A DNA stretch of 29,866 nt from a virus (Duplodnaviria; Caudoviricetes). The notes under the pieces are model-generated. The model was not told the DNA's origin and searched no databases. It saw only the letters and a program-made list of their open reading frames with translations. Shown one piece after another: positions 18,816 through 26,834 of the stretch; within the stretch, counting starts at the first letter, position 1; the number at the start of each line of letters is the position of its first letter. The DNA lies in the IMG/VR virus record IMGVR_UViG_3300037467_000050, positions 1-29,866 of that record; one strand, written 5' to 3'. The translations under genes and the position numbers were made by a program.

Positions 18816-19156
18816 TGGCAAAGGTTACACAGCAGCAGATTCATGCTCTGATTAGCCTTTACTTGAAGAACTACAAGGCGAAGTATGGGCGTGATCCGCT
18901 CAACTTTAATCGCTATCGTGACAAGTGGGGTTTTCAGGGAATGATTGAAGACCTAGGTGTGGAGCGTGCCAAGGAAGTCATAGATTGGTACTTCTCTGCC
19001 CGTAGCGCGGGTCACTCAACGCAATACCTAGCAAATAACTATGACAAGATCAACCTCAGGATGCGTGAGCGTGAGGAAGACGAAATCAACCGTAAGAAGT
19101 TGATGGAGGAATCACGCAAGAGGGTTGAGGAATGGAGAGCAGCACGTGGCGAGTAA
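18815..19156 (+). CDS. Hypothetical helical protein upstream of the helicase
   Basis: 113-aa ORF coupled to both neighbours. Confidence 0.75.
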   Translation: MAKVTQQQIHALISLYLKNYKAKYGRDPLNFNRYRDKWGFQGMIEDLGVERAKEVIDWYFSARSAGHSTQYLANNYDKINLRMREREEDEINRKKLMEESRKRVEEWRAARGE

Positions 19157-20360
19157 GGAAGCGACGGTACTAAGTGCCGTCATTGAAAACAAGGATATTC
19201 ACACCATTCTCGGTGAGAGTCCAGACCTTTTCGGTCATTATGGTGATGCGTTCAACTGGACGAAGAACTATTATGTAAGGCACAAGTCGGTTCCGAGCCG
19301 CGATCTGTTCCATTCAGAGTTTCCTGACATTGAACTGCCGACTCCTGATGCACCAACCAAGTATTGCTTGGATTCGCTAAAGGAACAGTATGTCAGTAGC
19401 CGTATGGAAGAGATTATGGTTAAGGCTGCCTCTGCGGCTGGTACTCTTAGCGCAGCAGAGCGTCTAGGAAAGATGCAGACAGCATTGGCAAAACTAGGCC
19501 AGTACACCACGTCTGCACGTGACCTCAACCTTCTTGATATGGAGGATGCTGCCGACCACTTCATGCGCGTTCGTGAAATCGCAGACGCCAAGGGTGGTGT
19601 GCCGGGTATTTCGTTTGGTCTAGACACCATCGACTCGTGCTACACTACGGGTATGGCTGCCGGTAACTCCATTATTTTGATGGGTTACACCGGGCGCGGT
19701 AAGTCAATGTTCTCTGGTCACCTTGCAGTAAATGCATGGCGTCAGGGATACAAGGTAATGGTTATCTCTCTGGAAATGTCGCCGGAAGAGTACCGAGAGC
19801 GTATCTATGCAGATATGTCTAACGGTAAGTTCAAGATTTCCGATCTTGCTCGTGGTGACGTGGATGACGACGAGTTCCGCTCATGGGCTACCAAGGGCTT
19901 TGCGGATTCATCTGACTTCATTGTTGTTTCCAACGAGGGTAACGCAAACATCACGCCTAACTTGATTCAGGCCAAGATTGACACGCACCGTCCTGACCTA
20001 GTAATCTTGGACTACTTGCAGTTGATGCAGGACAACGCCAAGACTCAGGCCATGACTCCGAGAATGATGAATCTCTCTCGTGAGATTAAGTTGCTGGCCG
20101 TGAGCAATGCAATTCCGATTATCTCCATCACCGCTGTTACCGACGAGGATAACGACAAGCGCGATGGGCCACCTATGCTGAGCCAGATTTCGTGGTCGTC
20201 TGCTATTGAGTATGACGCTAATCTCGTTATGGCTGTGCATCGACACGACGATACCAACAGGGTAGAGGTCGTATGTCGAAAGAACCGACACGGTGACATG
20301 TTTGCCGTATTCTTCGATGTTGACTTTAACTCTGGAAGGTGGGAAGAAGCCTTTGAGTAA
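19146..20360 (+). CDS. dnaB: DnaB-like replicative helicase
   Basis: Walker A GYTGRGKS, SLEMS, Walker B ILDYLQLM, IEYDAN and KNRHG. Likely start is GTG 19146 after GGAG. Confidence 0.95.
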   Translation: MASKEATVLSAVIENKDIHTILGESPDLFGHYGDAFNWTKNYYVRHKSVPSRDLFHSEFPDIELPTPDAPTKYCLDSLKEQYVSSRMEEIMVKAASAAGTLSAAERLGKMQTALAKLGQYTTSARDLNLLDMEDAADHFMRVREIADAKGGVPGISFGLDTIDSCYTTGMAAGNSIILMGYTGRGKSMFSGHLAVNAWRQGYKVMVISLEMSPEEYRERIYADMSNGKFKISDLARGDVDDDEFRSWATKGFADSSDFIVVSNEGNANITPNLIQAKIDTHRPDLVILDYLQLMQDNAKTQAMTPRMMNLSREIKLLAVSNAIPIISITAVTDEDNDKRDGPPMLSQISWSSAIEYDANLVMAVHRHDDTNRVEVVCRKNRHGDMFAVFFDVDFNSGRWEEAFE

Positions 20361-20698
20361 TGGGAGTTCACGACGGCGTTAAGAAGTTCCAGATGCAGTC
20401 CCAGATCGGGGATGATTCCTCATTCATCAGACAGAGAGAAACCCAAGAAAAACTCCTGACTGAGCAGATGAGAGATATGGGTTATGTGCCCGTCCTCGAT
20501 CTGGGGCCGTTCTGGTCAACCTCCCTGCTGAGAGAGCCTGACGATATTGGGCAATACGATACCGTCAAGTATGAGTCAACGCTCACGATGTATGGAACAT
20601 TTGTAGGAAAGAGGAAAGCATGCCAGTATCTAGGAATGGACGGAACGGGTCGGTACTACCCGATCAGTACACAGAAAAGCAAATCGAATCGGTCTTGA
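20360..20698 (+). CDS. Hypothetical protein
   Basis: 112 aa, TAATG-coupled to dnaB. Its 3' end overlaps the primase gene. Confidence 0.7.
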   Translation: MGVHDGVKKFQMQSQIGDDSSFIRQRETQEKLLTEQMRDMGYVPVLDLGPFWSTSLLREPDDIGQYDTVKYESTLTMYGTFVGKRKACQYLGMDGTGRYYPISTQKSKSNRS

Positions 20699-21708
20699 TC
20701 AAGTGCGGCGTCACTATTGACGGCGAGACGTTCAACGACTATACTTGCTTCTGTCCGTTCCATGGGAACAGGCACACGACCTCAATGTCCGTGAGCAAGT
20801 CGAACGGTAAGTTCATTTGCTTCAACGCTTCATGCGGAGCAACGGGCAGCATTCAGGATTTGGTCAAGGCTATGCTAAAGACCAACGAGTTTCAGACGGC
20901 TCGCCTGATTGCAAATGCCAAGGAAGGAACCACAGAGTCCTTCCTAGACGTACTACAAAAGGCGCTAAAGCCGATGGAGTTCGAAGAGTGGAAGTATGCT
21001 CACACGATCCCCGGTATGCAAGAGCGTCTGTTCAGTTCGCCTAAGGCATTAGACTATATGGTCAAGGAACGCGGGTTTGACGAATCCATCCTCCGCGAGT
21101 ACCATATCGGTTACAACTACAAGCGTGACCTTATCTGTGTTCCAATGTATTCAGCCAGCGGTGTACCGCTCGGTGTCATTGGTAGGTCACCAAGCGTTAC
21201 GGATAAGCAGTTTAAGAACTCGCCCGGTCTGCCGACCTCTAAGTCATTGTGGAATATCCACAAGGCTAAGCGCACTGGCGATACAGTGATCGTGTGTGAA
21301 GCATCATTTGACGCAATGCGAATTGCGCAGGCCGGGTATCCGAACGTAGTAGCATGTCTCGGTGGTAACTTTAGTGATTACCACGAAGAGCAGTTGGCTA
21401 AGTATTTCTCGACCATCATTATCATGACCGACTTTGATGACAGTGACAAGCATCGTTATGCAGGCTGTCGTAAGTGCATGATGAAGGGTCTAGATAAGTG
21501 CTTGGGCCACAATCCCGGTCGTGCGCTGGGACAGAAAATTGCCGACAGGATGCGTGGCAAGACCATTAAATGGGCCGCTACAGACTTTGGTCTGGTGTAC
21601 CCAGAAGGTTGCAAGGATGCTGGTGACATGTCCATGGACCAGATCATTCACGTTATAAAGGGCGCGGTAAGCAACATGGAGTACCAGTCATGGGGAATCG
21701 CCTCATAA
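20620..21708 (+). CDS. dnaG: DNA primase (DnaG-type)
   Basis: CHC2 zinc finger (CPFH..CFNASC) and TOPRIM motifs VCEASFDA, ACLGG, TDFDD and KDAGD. Confidence 0.93.
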   Translation: MPVSRNGRNGSVLPDQYTEKQIESVLIKCGVTIDGETFNDYTCFCPFHGNRHTTSMSVSKSNGKFICFNASCGATGSIQDLVKAMLKTNEFQTARLIANAKEGTTESFLDVLQKALKPMEFEEWKYAHTIPGMQERLFSSPKALDYMVKERGFDESILREYHIGYNYKRDLICVPMYSASGVPLGVIGRSPSVTDKQFKNSPGLPTSKSLWNIHKAKRTGDTVIVCEASFDAMRIAQAGYPNVVACLGGNFSDYHEEQLAKYFSTIIIMTDFDDSDKHRYAGCRKCMMKGLDKCLGHNPGRALGQKIADRMRGKTIKWAATDFGLVYPEGCKDAGDMSMDQIIHVIKGAVSNMEYQSWGIAS

Positions 21709-21713
21709 AGTGG

Positions 21714-21742
21714 TTGAAACTTCAACCATCAACTGGTATAAT
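21714..21742 (+). promoter_or_regulatory. Strong promoter for SSB with a palindrome over the -35 box
   Basis: TTGAAA (21714-21719), 17 bp spacer, TATAAT (21737-21742) with a TGn extension. Inverted repeat TGGTTGAA-AC-TTCAACCA at 21711-21728. Confidence 0.8.
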
Positions 21743-21798
21743 AGTCAGTAAGGCCATTACGAACAACGGCCAAATAACACTAGGAGATTAACAGAAAT

Positions 21799-22524
21799 AT
21801 GGGTATTCAGAAGGGCCTTGCAGCAATCAAGGCACACAAGGAAGAGCAGGACCGCCGCAAGGAAGAGGGATCGAAGAAGGTCGATTGGCTGACGATTCCT
21901 GAGAACAAGACTTATGAGATTCGATTCCTACAGGAGTTGGACGAGAGCGGCGCAGGGTATGTTGAGGGAAATGGTCTAGGCTTTTATGCCACCGAGCACT
22001 CCAACCCTGACGACTTCCGCAAGAAGGCAGTTTGTACTGCCGAAGAGGGCCGTTGCTACGGTTGCGAGCAGTCCAAGGCCGCTTACAACGCTGGTGACAA
22101 GACTCGCGGTGGTGGCTGGAAGGCTAAGAGCCGTCTCTACATCAACGTTCTTTTCCGCGATGAAGAGGGTAACGAGGCAGTTGCCGTTATGTCTCAGGCT
22201 AACGGTTCCAAGTCAACAATTGCTCCACTCGTTCTAGAGTATGCAGTTGACGAGGGCACCATCACGGATCGCTGGTGGAAGATCAAGCGCACTGGTAAGG
22301 GTTCTGACACGAACTACATGCCTCGCGTTGGTCAGCCAAAGGACGATGTGAACCCGGCAGACTACACGGATAAGTTGTTCAATCTTGACAACTGCATTCG
22401 TGAGGTTCCTTACGACGAGCAGGAGGCACACTACTCAGTAGTTGCCGAGCGTCCCGCTGAGAGCGGTGGCGAGGCTGTCGCTTCGACCTCTGCTGGTAGG
22501 GTTGACTCTTCGGAAGAGTGGTGA
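21799..22524 (+). CDS. ssb: Single-stranded DNA-binding protein (T4 gp32-like)
   Basis: 241 aa with an EIRFL segment, H..C..CxxC zinc ligands, KIKRTGKGSDTNY and acidic C-terminal tail (DSSEEW). Lies between primase and polymerase. RBS AGGAGA. Confidence 0.85.
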   Translation: MGIQKGLAAIKAHKEEQDRRKEEGSKKVDWLTIPENKTYEIRFLQELDESGAGYVEGNGLGFYATEHSNPDDFRKKAVCTAEEGRCYGCEQSKAAYNAGDKTRGGGWKAKSRLYINVLFRDEEGNEAVAVMSQANGSKSTIAPLVLEYAVDEGTITDRWWKIKRTGKGSDTNYMPRVGQPKDDVNPADYTDKLFNLDNCIREVPYDEQEAHYSVVAERPAESGGEAVASTSAGRVDSSEEW

Positions 22525-22531
22525 CATAATT

Positions 22532-22561
22532 GGCGGGAGGTCTTCGGGCCTCCCGCCTTTT
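22532..22561 (+). terminator. Intrinsic terminator
   Basis: 11-bp stem GGCGGGAGGTC / GGCCTCCCGCC (one G-U pair) closed by a cUUCGg tetraloop and followed by TTTT, just after the ssb stop. Confidence 0.85.
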
Positions 22562-22565
22562 CACT

Positions 22566-22886
22566 ATGAAAAGACTTTCCGGTGATTATCACAAGTACAT
22601 CGCCTCGGAGCGGTGGAAACTAAAGCGAGAAATCTATTTCGCTACTCAGGGCCGGTATTGTAAAGCCTGCCTATCCACAACAAATATCAAAGTACACCAT
22701 ATGTCATACGCTAACTTCGGTAGCGAACCTCTTGGTGACTTGATAGGGTTGTGTAACCCATGCCATGTGAAGGTGCATCAACTTCACAGAAAGGCCGGTA
22801 GGAATGCAGACCTACGACTAATCACGATGCAGTATGTTAAAGAAATGACGCTTGCTAGGCTGCGTCGCAAAACACCTAGGAGATAA
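22566..22886 (+). CDS. HNH endonuclease
   Basis: Motifs CKAC..VHHMSY..DLIGLCNPCHVKVH. Likely start is ATG 22566, after the terminator. Confidence 0.85.
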   Translation: MKRLSGDYHKYIASERWKLKREIYFATQGRYCKACLSTTNIKVHHMSYANFGSEPLGDLIGLCNPCHVKVHQLHRKAGRNADLRLITMQYVKEMTLARLRRKTPRR

Positions 22887-22887
22887 A

Positions 22888-25800
22888 TTGCTATACCAAC
22901 CCCTACACTGTCACACCTATTACAGTCCTCTGGATGGGCTGAACTCGCCGCTGGAATACATGCAGCGTGCGAAGGAATTGGGTATGACCCACTTTTCCAT
23001 TACTGACCACGGAACTCTCTCGGGTCACCGTGACGCTCAGATCGCCGGTAAGGAAACTGGCATTATTCCCATTCTTGGAATGGAAGGCTACGTGTCTGCT
23101 ACGGATCGCTTTGACAGGCGAGCCAACACGAAGCGTGAGGACGGCACGTCTATTTACAACCACATCACACTGCTAGCGCAAAATGATGAGGGTCTGAGGA
23201 CGCTTAACAGGCTCAACGAGACGGCATGGACGGAGGGCTACTACTTCAAGCCACGTATCGACACTGACCTTCTAGAAGAGGATCACGAGGGAATTGTCGT
23301 TCTCTCGGGCTGCATGAGCGGTCTGTCTGCTAAGGCAATTCTCAACGGCGATATCGAGACGGCTGAGAAGTGGGCAAAGCGTTACAAGGCGATGCTTGGC
23401 GACAACTACTACATTGAGGTAATGTCGTCCAACGAGCCAGCGCTGAATCACGAACTGCTTCGCATTGCAGATAAGTACGACATTCGCCCGGTGATGACAA
23501 GTGACTGTCACTACGCAAAGCCGGAAGACTTGTGGGTTGAGGAAGCAATGCTCATTCTCGCGACAAACCCAAAGAAGGACCACTCTGCTGATTTGAGCAA
23601 GGCAAAGAAGATGGACATTCTTGACCGCTTCGATTACCTTTACCCAAACCGCACGATGACCTTCCGCGAGATTGAGATTTATCTCCGCGACGGAAAGACC
23701 GAGCGTGAGAAGTTTCTTGCGCAGGGTATCGACAGGACCGACATTTACGAGAACACTTTCCGCATTGCTAACGGCGTCGGTGAGTACCCGTTCTATGCTG
23801 GTCTTGATCTTCTTCCTAACCCTGAGACGGGTGATCCTGATAAGATTCTCCGTGCCAAGGCTGAGGCAGGTCTGCGTCGTCTGGGTCTGGACAAGAGCCA
23901 GCCTCACATCGACCGTCTTAACGAGGAACTGTCGATCATCATTCCCAAGCAGTTCTCGACGTACTTCCTGATTTGTGCGGACGGTGTGCAGTGGGCCAAG
24001 GATAACAACATTCGTGTTGGTCCCGGTCGTGGTTCTGGTGCTGGTTCGCTGACGGCTTACACGCTTGGAATTACCGATCTTGACCCGCTAGAGTTCGGTC
24101 TGCTATTCTTCCGCTTCATCGACCCTGCTCGTGATGACTACCCTGACTTCGATATCGACTTCGCTGACCGAGGCCGAGAACGAGTTAAGGAATACGTTCG
24201 TCGCAAGTATGGTCACGTTGCCTCTATCGCTACCTTTAACTCATTCAAGGGTAAGTCTTCCATTAAGGATGCTGCTCGTGCTCTGGGTATTCCGGTTGCT
24301 GAGGCAAACAAGACCACGAAGAATATGCCTGACCTAGACGGTGACGAGTTCTTCGATGAATTCGAAAAGTCTGACGCCGGTAAGGTATTCATGAAGGCTC
24401 ACCCTGAGGTTCTTCCTCTGGCTAAGGCACTTCATGGTAAGTTGCGCGGTGGCGGTATTCACGCTGCCGGTCTGGTGCTTTCTAAGGAGCCTTTGGAGCG
24501 ATACGCGCCAATTGAGACGGCAAAGAATCCATCTGACCCTAATGGACCCCGTATTAAGTACGTGGCCGTAGACATGAACACAGCCGCTGATATCGGCCTA
24601 ATCAAGATGGACTTCCTCGGTCTAAAGACGCTCTCGGTGATTCAGGACACCCTTGATGAAATCGCAAAGCGTCACAGCAAGCGTATCGATCTTAACTCCA
24701 TTGACTACAATGACCGCAAGGTGTACGATATGCTGTCGAACGGTTACACCAAGGGAGTCTTCCAGTGTGAAGCCGTGCCCTACACCAACCTTATCCTAAA
24801 GATGGGTGGCGTTTGGTCGTTCGATGAACTGTCAGCATCTAACGCTCTTGTTCGTCCCGGTGCTATTAACACCATTGGTGCTGAGTACATTGCACGTAAG
24901 GACGGCAAGTCAATGGTGGAGTTCGCTCACGCTGATGCTCGCTGGTTCACCGAGGACACTTATGGTGAGGTTCTGTATCAGGAGCAGGTTATGCTAATGA
25001 TGACTGAGGTCGCCGGTATGTCAATGTCGGATGCCAATAAGGTCCGTAAGATCATTGGTAAGAAGAAAGACCCTGCTGAATTTGAGAAGTACCGTCAGGC
25101 ATGGATCGACGGTGCAACAAAGAAGATCAGCATGAAGAAGGCTGAGAAGTTGTGGTCAGACTTTGAGGCACACGCCGGTTACTCGTTTAACAAGAGCCAC
25201 GCTGTTGCATATTCAAAGTTGTCCTTCCAGACGGCTTGGCTTAAGTGCTACTACCCGCTAGAGTTCATGGCGTCGGTTTTGAAGAACGAGAAGGACAAGG
25301 ACTTCATTACCGATTACCTGATCGAGACAAAGCGTCTGGGTATTAGAGTTCTTCTGCCTCACGTCAACGAGTCCGAGTTGAAGATCGCAATTCAGGGCGA
25401 CGCTATCCGTCTTGGTTTGACCAACATCAAGTACATTCGTGATAAGGTTGGTGCTGCTATTATGCAGAACCGTCCATTCGAAACCTACGCTGAGTTGGAG
25501 GCGAAGACCATGGAGCGCGGTAGCGGCATGAACAGTCGTATGCTTATGGCTATGAATGCCGTTGGTGCAGCATGTTTCCCAGATAACCCGAAGCGCGGTG
25601 ACGAGCGAGACAACTTCTACGAGTACCTACAGATTCCTGCTTTTGAGAAGAAGGATTTGGAGCCTCGTGTTAAGTTCAAGTTCCGTCCTCTGGATGAGTA
25701 CGTGGACAATGAGGTTTTCCCGGTGCTTGCCATGGTTCGTGGAATCAAGCGTGGTGACGGCTGGGCACGTCTGGAACTTCTGGATGAAACCGGAAGCGCT

Positions 25801-26190
25801 GGTGTGTTCGTTGACCCGACTACCGTAATTGAGACTGGACAGATGTACGCGCTACTTGTAGCAAACAACAGGGTTGCCAGTTTCATGACCATGGACGAGT
25901 TGGACAATGGAGTTAACACTCCGTTCTCGCTCTGGCTGAACGACTCGTACTCCGAGATTAACGAGGGCCAGTACCGAGTTATCAACTACAAGACGTATGT
26001 CACCAAGGCCGGTAAGAAGATGGGACACCTTGTTCTGCTTGACCACCTAGGACAAATGATCTTTGCCATGGCATTCCCAACCATGTACAAGGAGTCGTTC
26101 GTCAAGTGTATTGCAGGGCGTGTCGCAAAACTAGAACTAAAGGAGACGAGTGAAGGCGGTTCGTTCTTCATCGACAAGATTCTGAAATGA
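22888..26190 (+). CDS. dnaE: DNA polymerase III alpha subunit (DnaE-like)
   Basis: PHP motifs (LHCHTYYSPLDG, TDHG, GMEGY, SDCHY), GPGRGSGAGS, catalytic PDFDIDF and KMDFLGLKTL, and YSFNKSHAVAY. Likely start is TTG 22888 after AGGAGA. Confidence 0.97.
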   Translation: MLYQPLHCHTYYSPLDGLNSPLEYMQRAKELGMTHFSITDHGTLSGHRDAQIAGKETGIIPILGMEGYVSATDRFDRRANTKREDGTSIYNHITLLAQNDEGLRTLNRLNETAWTEGYYFKPRIDTDLLEEDHEGIVVLSGCMSGLSAKAILNGDIETAEKWAKRYKAMLGDNYYIEVMSSNEPALNHELLRIADKYDIRPVMTSDCHYAKPEDLWVEEAMLILATNPKKDHSADLSKAKKMDILDRFDYLYPNRTMTFREIEIYLRDGKTEREKFLAQGIDRTDIYENTFRIANGVGEYPFYAGLDLLPNPETGDPDKILRAKAEAGLRRLGLDKSQPHIDRLNEELSIIIPKQFSTYFLICADGVQWAKDNNIRVGPGRGSGAGSLTAYTLGITDLDPLEFGLLFFRFIDPARDDYPDFDIDFADRGRERVKEYVRRKYGHVASIATFNSFKGKSSIKDAARALGIPVAEANKTTKNMPDLDGDEFFDEFEKSDAGKVFMKAHPEVLPLAKALHGKLRGGGIHAAGLVLSKEPLERYAPIETAKNPSDPNGPRIKYVAVDMNTAADIGLIKMDFLGLKTLSVIQDTLDEIAKRHSKRIDLNSIDYNDRKVYDMLSNGYTKGVFQCEAVPYTNLILKMGGVWSFDELSASNALVRPGAINTIGAEYIARKDGKSMVEFAHADARWFTEDTYGEVLYQEQVMLMMTEVAGMSMSDANKVRKIIGKKKDPAEFEKYRQAWIDGATKKISMKKAEKLWSDFEAHAGYSFNKSHAVAYSKLSFQTAWLKCYYPLEFMASVLKNEKDKDFITDYLIETKRLGIRVLLPHVNESELKIAIQGDAIRLGLTNIKYIRDKVGAAIMQNRPFETYAELEAKTMERGSGMNSRMLMAMNAVGAACFPDNPKRGDERDNFYEYLQIPAFEKKDLEPRVKFKFRPLDEYVDNEVFPVLAMVRGIKRGDGWARLELLDETGSAGVFVDPTTVIETGQMYALLVANNRVASFMTMDELDNGVNTPFSLWLNDSYSEINEGQYRVINYKTYVTKAGKKMGHLVLLDHLGQMIFAMAFPTMYKESFVKCIAGRVAKLELKETSEGGSFFIDKILK

Positions 26191-26375
26191 AAATTGATCT
26201 AGAGTTTATCCTAGCGGCTCTCGCTGACCAGAACGACGGTGAGTTGTTTCTTGGCGAAGAGTACCTAAAGAAGAGTTATGAAGGCATGGTTATTGCCATG
26301 ACCGTTGATCCACTAAAGAGTGGACTCAGCATGGAATTAGTAAAGGAAAGTGAAGTAACATATGACGACGAATGA
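26187..26375 (+). CDS. Hypothetical protein
   Basis: 62-aa acidic ORF with an ATGA overlap with dnaE. Confidence 0.65.
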   Translation: MKIDLEFILAALADQNDGELFLGEEYLKKSYEGMVIAMTVDPLKSGLSMELVKESEVTYDDE

Positions 26376-26712
26376 TTTCGAGCGCTACCAGTTGGAGACT
26401 GCCAAGACCGCTGTTTACCCTGACGCGGGAGAGGGCTCTCTCATCGCTGTAAACTACGTCACCATCGGCCTATCAAATGAGGCCGGTGAGGTACTAGGCA
26501 AGGTAAAGAAGGCGTGGCGAGACGACGATATGCAGATCACAGAGGCCCGTAAGGAAGCCCTTCTGGACGAGGCTGGTGACGTTCTCTGGTACCTCGCTCG
26601 TACTGCCGATGAGTTGGGTGTCTCCCTACAGCAGATTGCTGACCGTAATCTAGAGAAGTTGTTTGGTCGTCTAGAGCGCGGAACCTTAAAGGGTAGCGGC
26701 GACGTTCGATAA
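26362..26712 (+). CDS. mazG: MazG-like nucleotide pyrophosphohydrolase
   Basis: GLSNEAGEVLGKVKK...DEAGDVLWYL (EXXE..EXXD), followed by NLEKL..R. Confidence 0.92.
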   Translation: MTTNDFERYQLETAKTAVYPDAGEGSLIAVNYVTIGLSNEAGEVLGKVKKAWRDDDMQITEARKEALLDEAGDVLWYLARTADELGVSLQQIADRNLEKLFGRLERGTLKGSGDVR

Positions 26713-26713
26713 C

Positions 26714-26722
26714 TGATACAAT
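26714..26722 (+). promoter_or_regulatory. Extended -10 promoter
   Basis: TGATACAAT (TGn + TACAAT at 26717-26722) immediately after the mazG stop. Predicted start site ~26728-26729. Confidence 0.6.
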
Positions 26723-26727
26723 AGAGT

Positions 26728-26790
26728 GGCACCGGGAGGCAACTCCCGGTGCCCTCGCAGTTAGAGCCTCCTGCGGGTTAGATAAGAGGC
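26728..26790 (+). ncRNA. Putative structured leader RNA (GNRA hairpin plus H-type pseudoknot) upstream of recA
   Basis: Perfect 11-bp stem GGCACCGGGAG-GCAA-CTCCCGGTGCC (26728-26753) with no U-tract. Then CTCGCAG (26754-26760) pairs with CTGCGGG (26771-26777), and loop GCCTC (26766-26770) pairs with GAGGC (26786-26790). Confidence 0.55.
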
Positions 26791-26834
26791 GTAGATCACT
26801 ACTAATTTATAAGAAAAGGATATGTTTTAACAAT

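Noticed and set aside
22505-22530. Mini-hairpin ACTCTT-CGG-AAGAGT and TGACATAAT at the end of ssb
   Set aside because: The short stem lies inside coding sequence and the -10 match is imperfect, so both are plausible by chance.
23272-23907. 211-aa minus-strand ORF, and the other minus-strand or alternate-frame ORFs in the track
   Set aside because: They lie wholly within or opposite well-supported + strand genes and show no recognisable motifs. They are expected shadow ORFs.
26728-26753. Hairpin as a simple intrinsic terminator for mazG
   Set aside because: No U-tract on either strand, and a -10 box lies just upstream. Not fully excluded, because actinobacterial terminators can lack U-tracts.
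26754-26800. SAM-II/SAM-V or preQ1 riboswitch, or tRNA, as the identity of the pseudoknot
   Set aside because: The topology is similar to these riboswitches, but the U-rich L1 and 3' A-rich signature nucleotides are missing and there is no cloverleaf. An Rfam search is needed to be sure.
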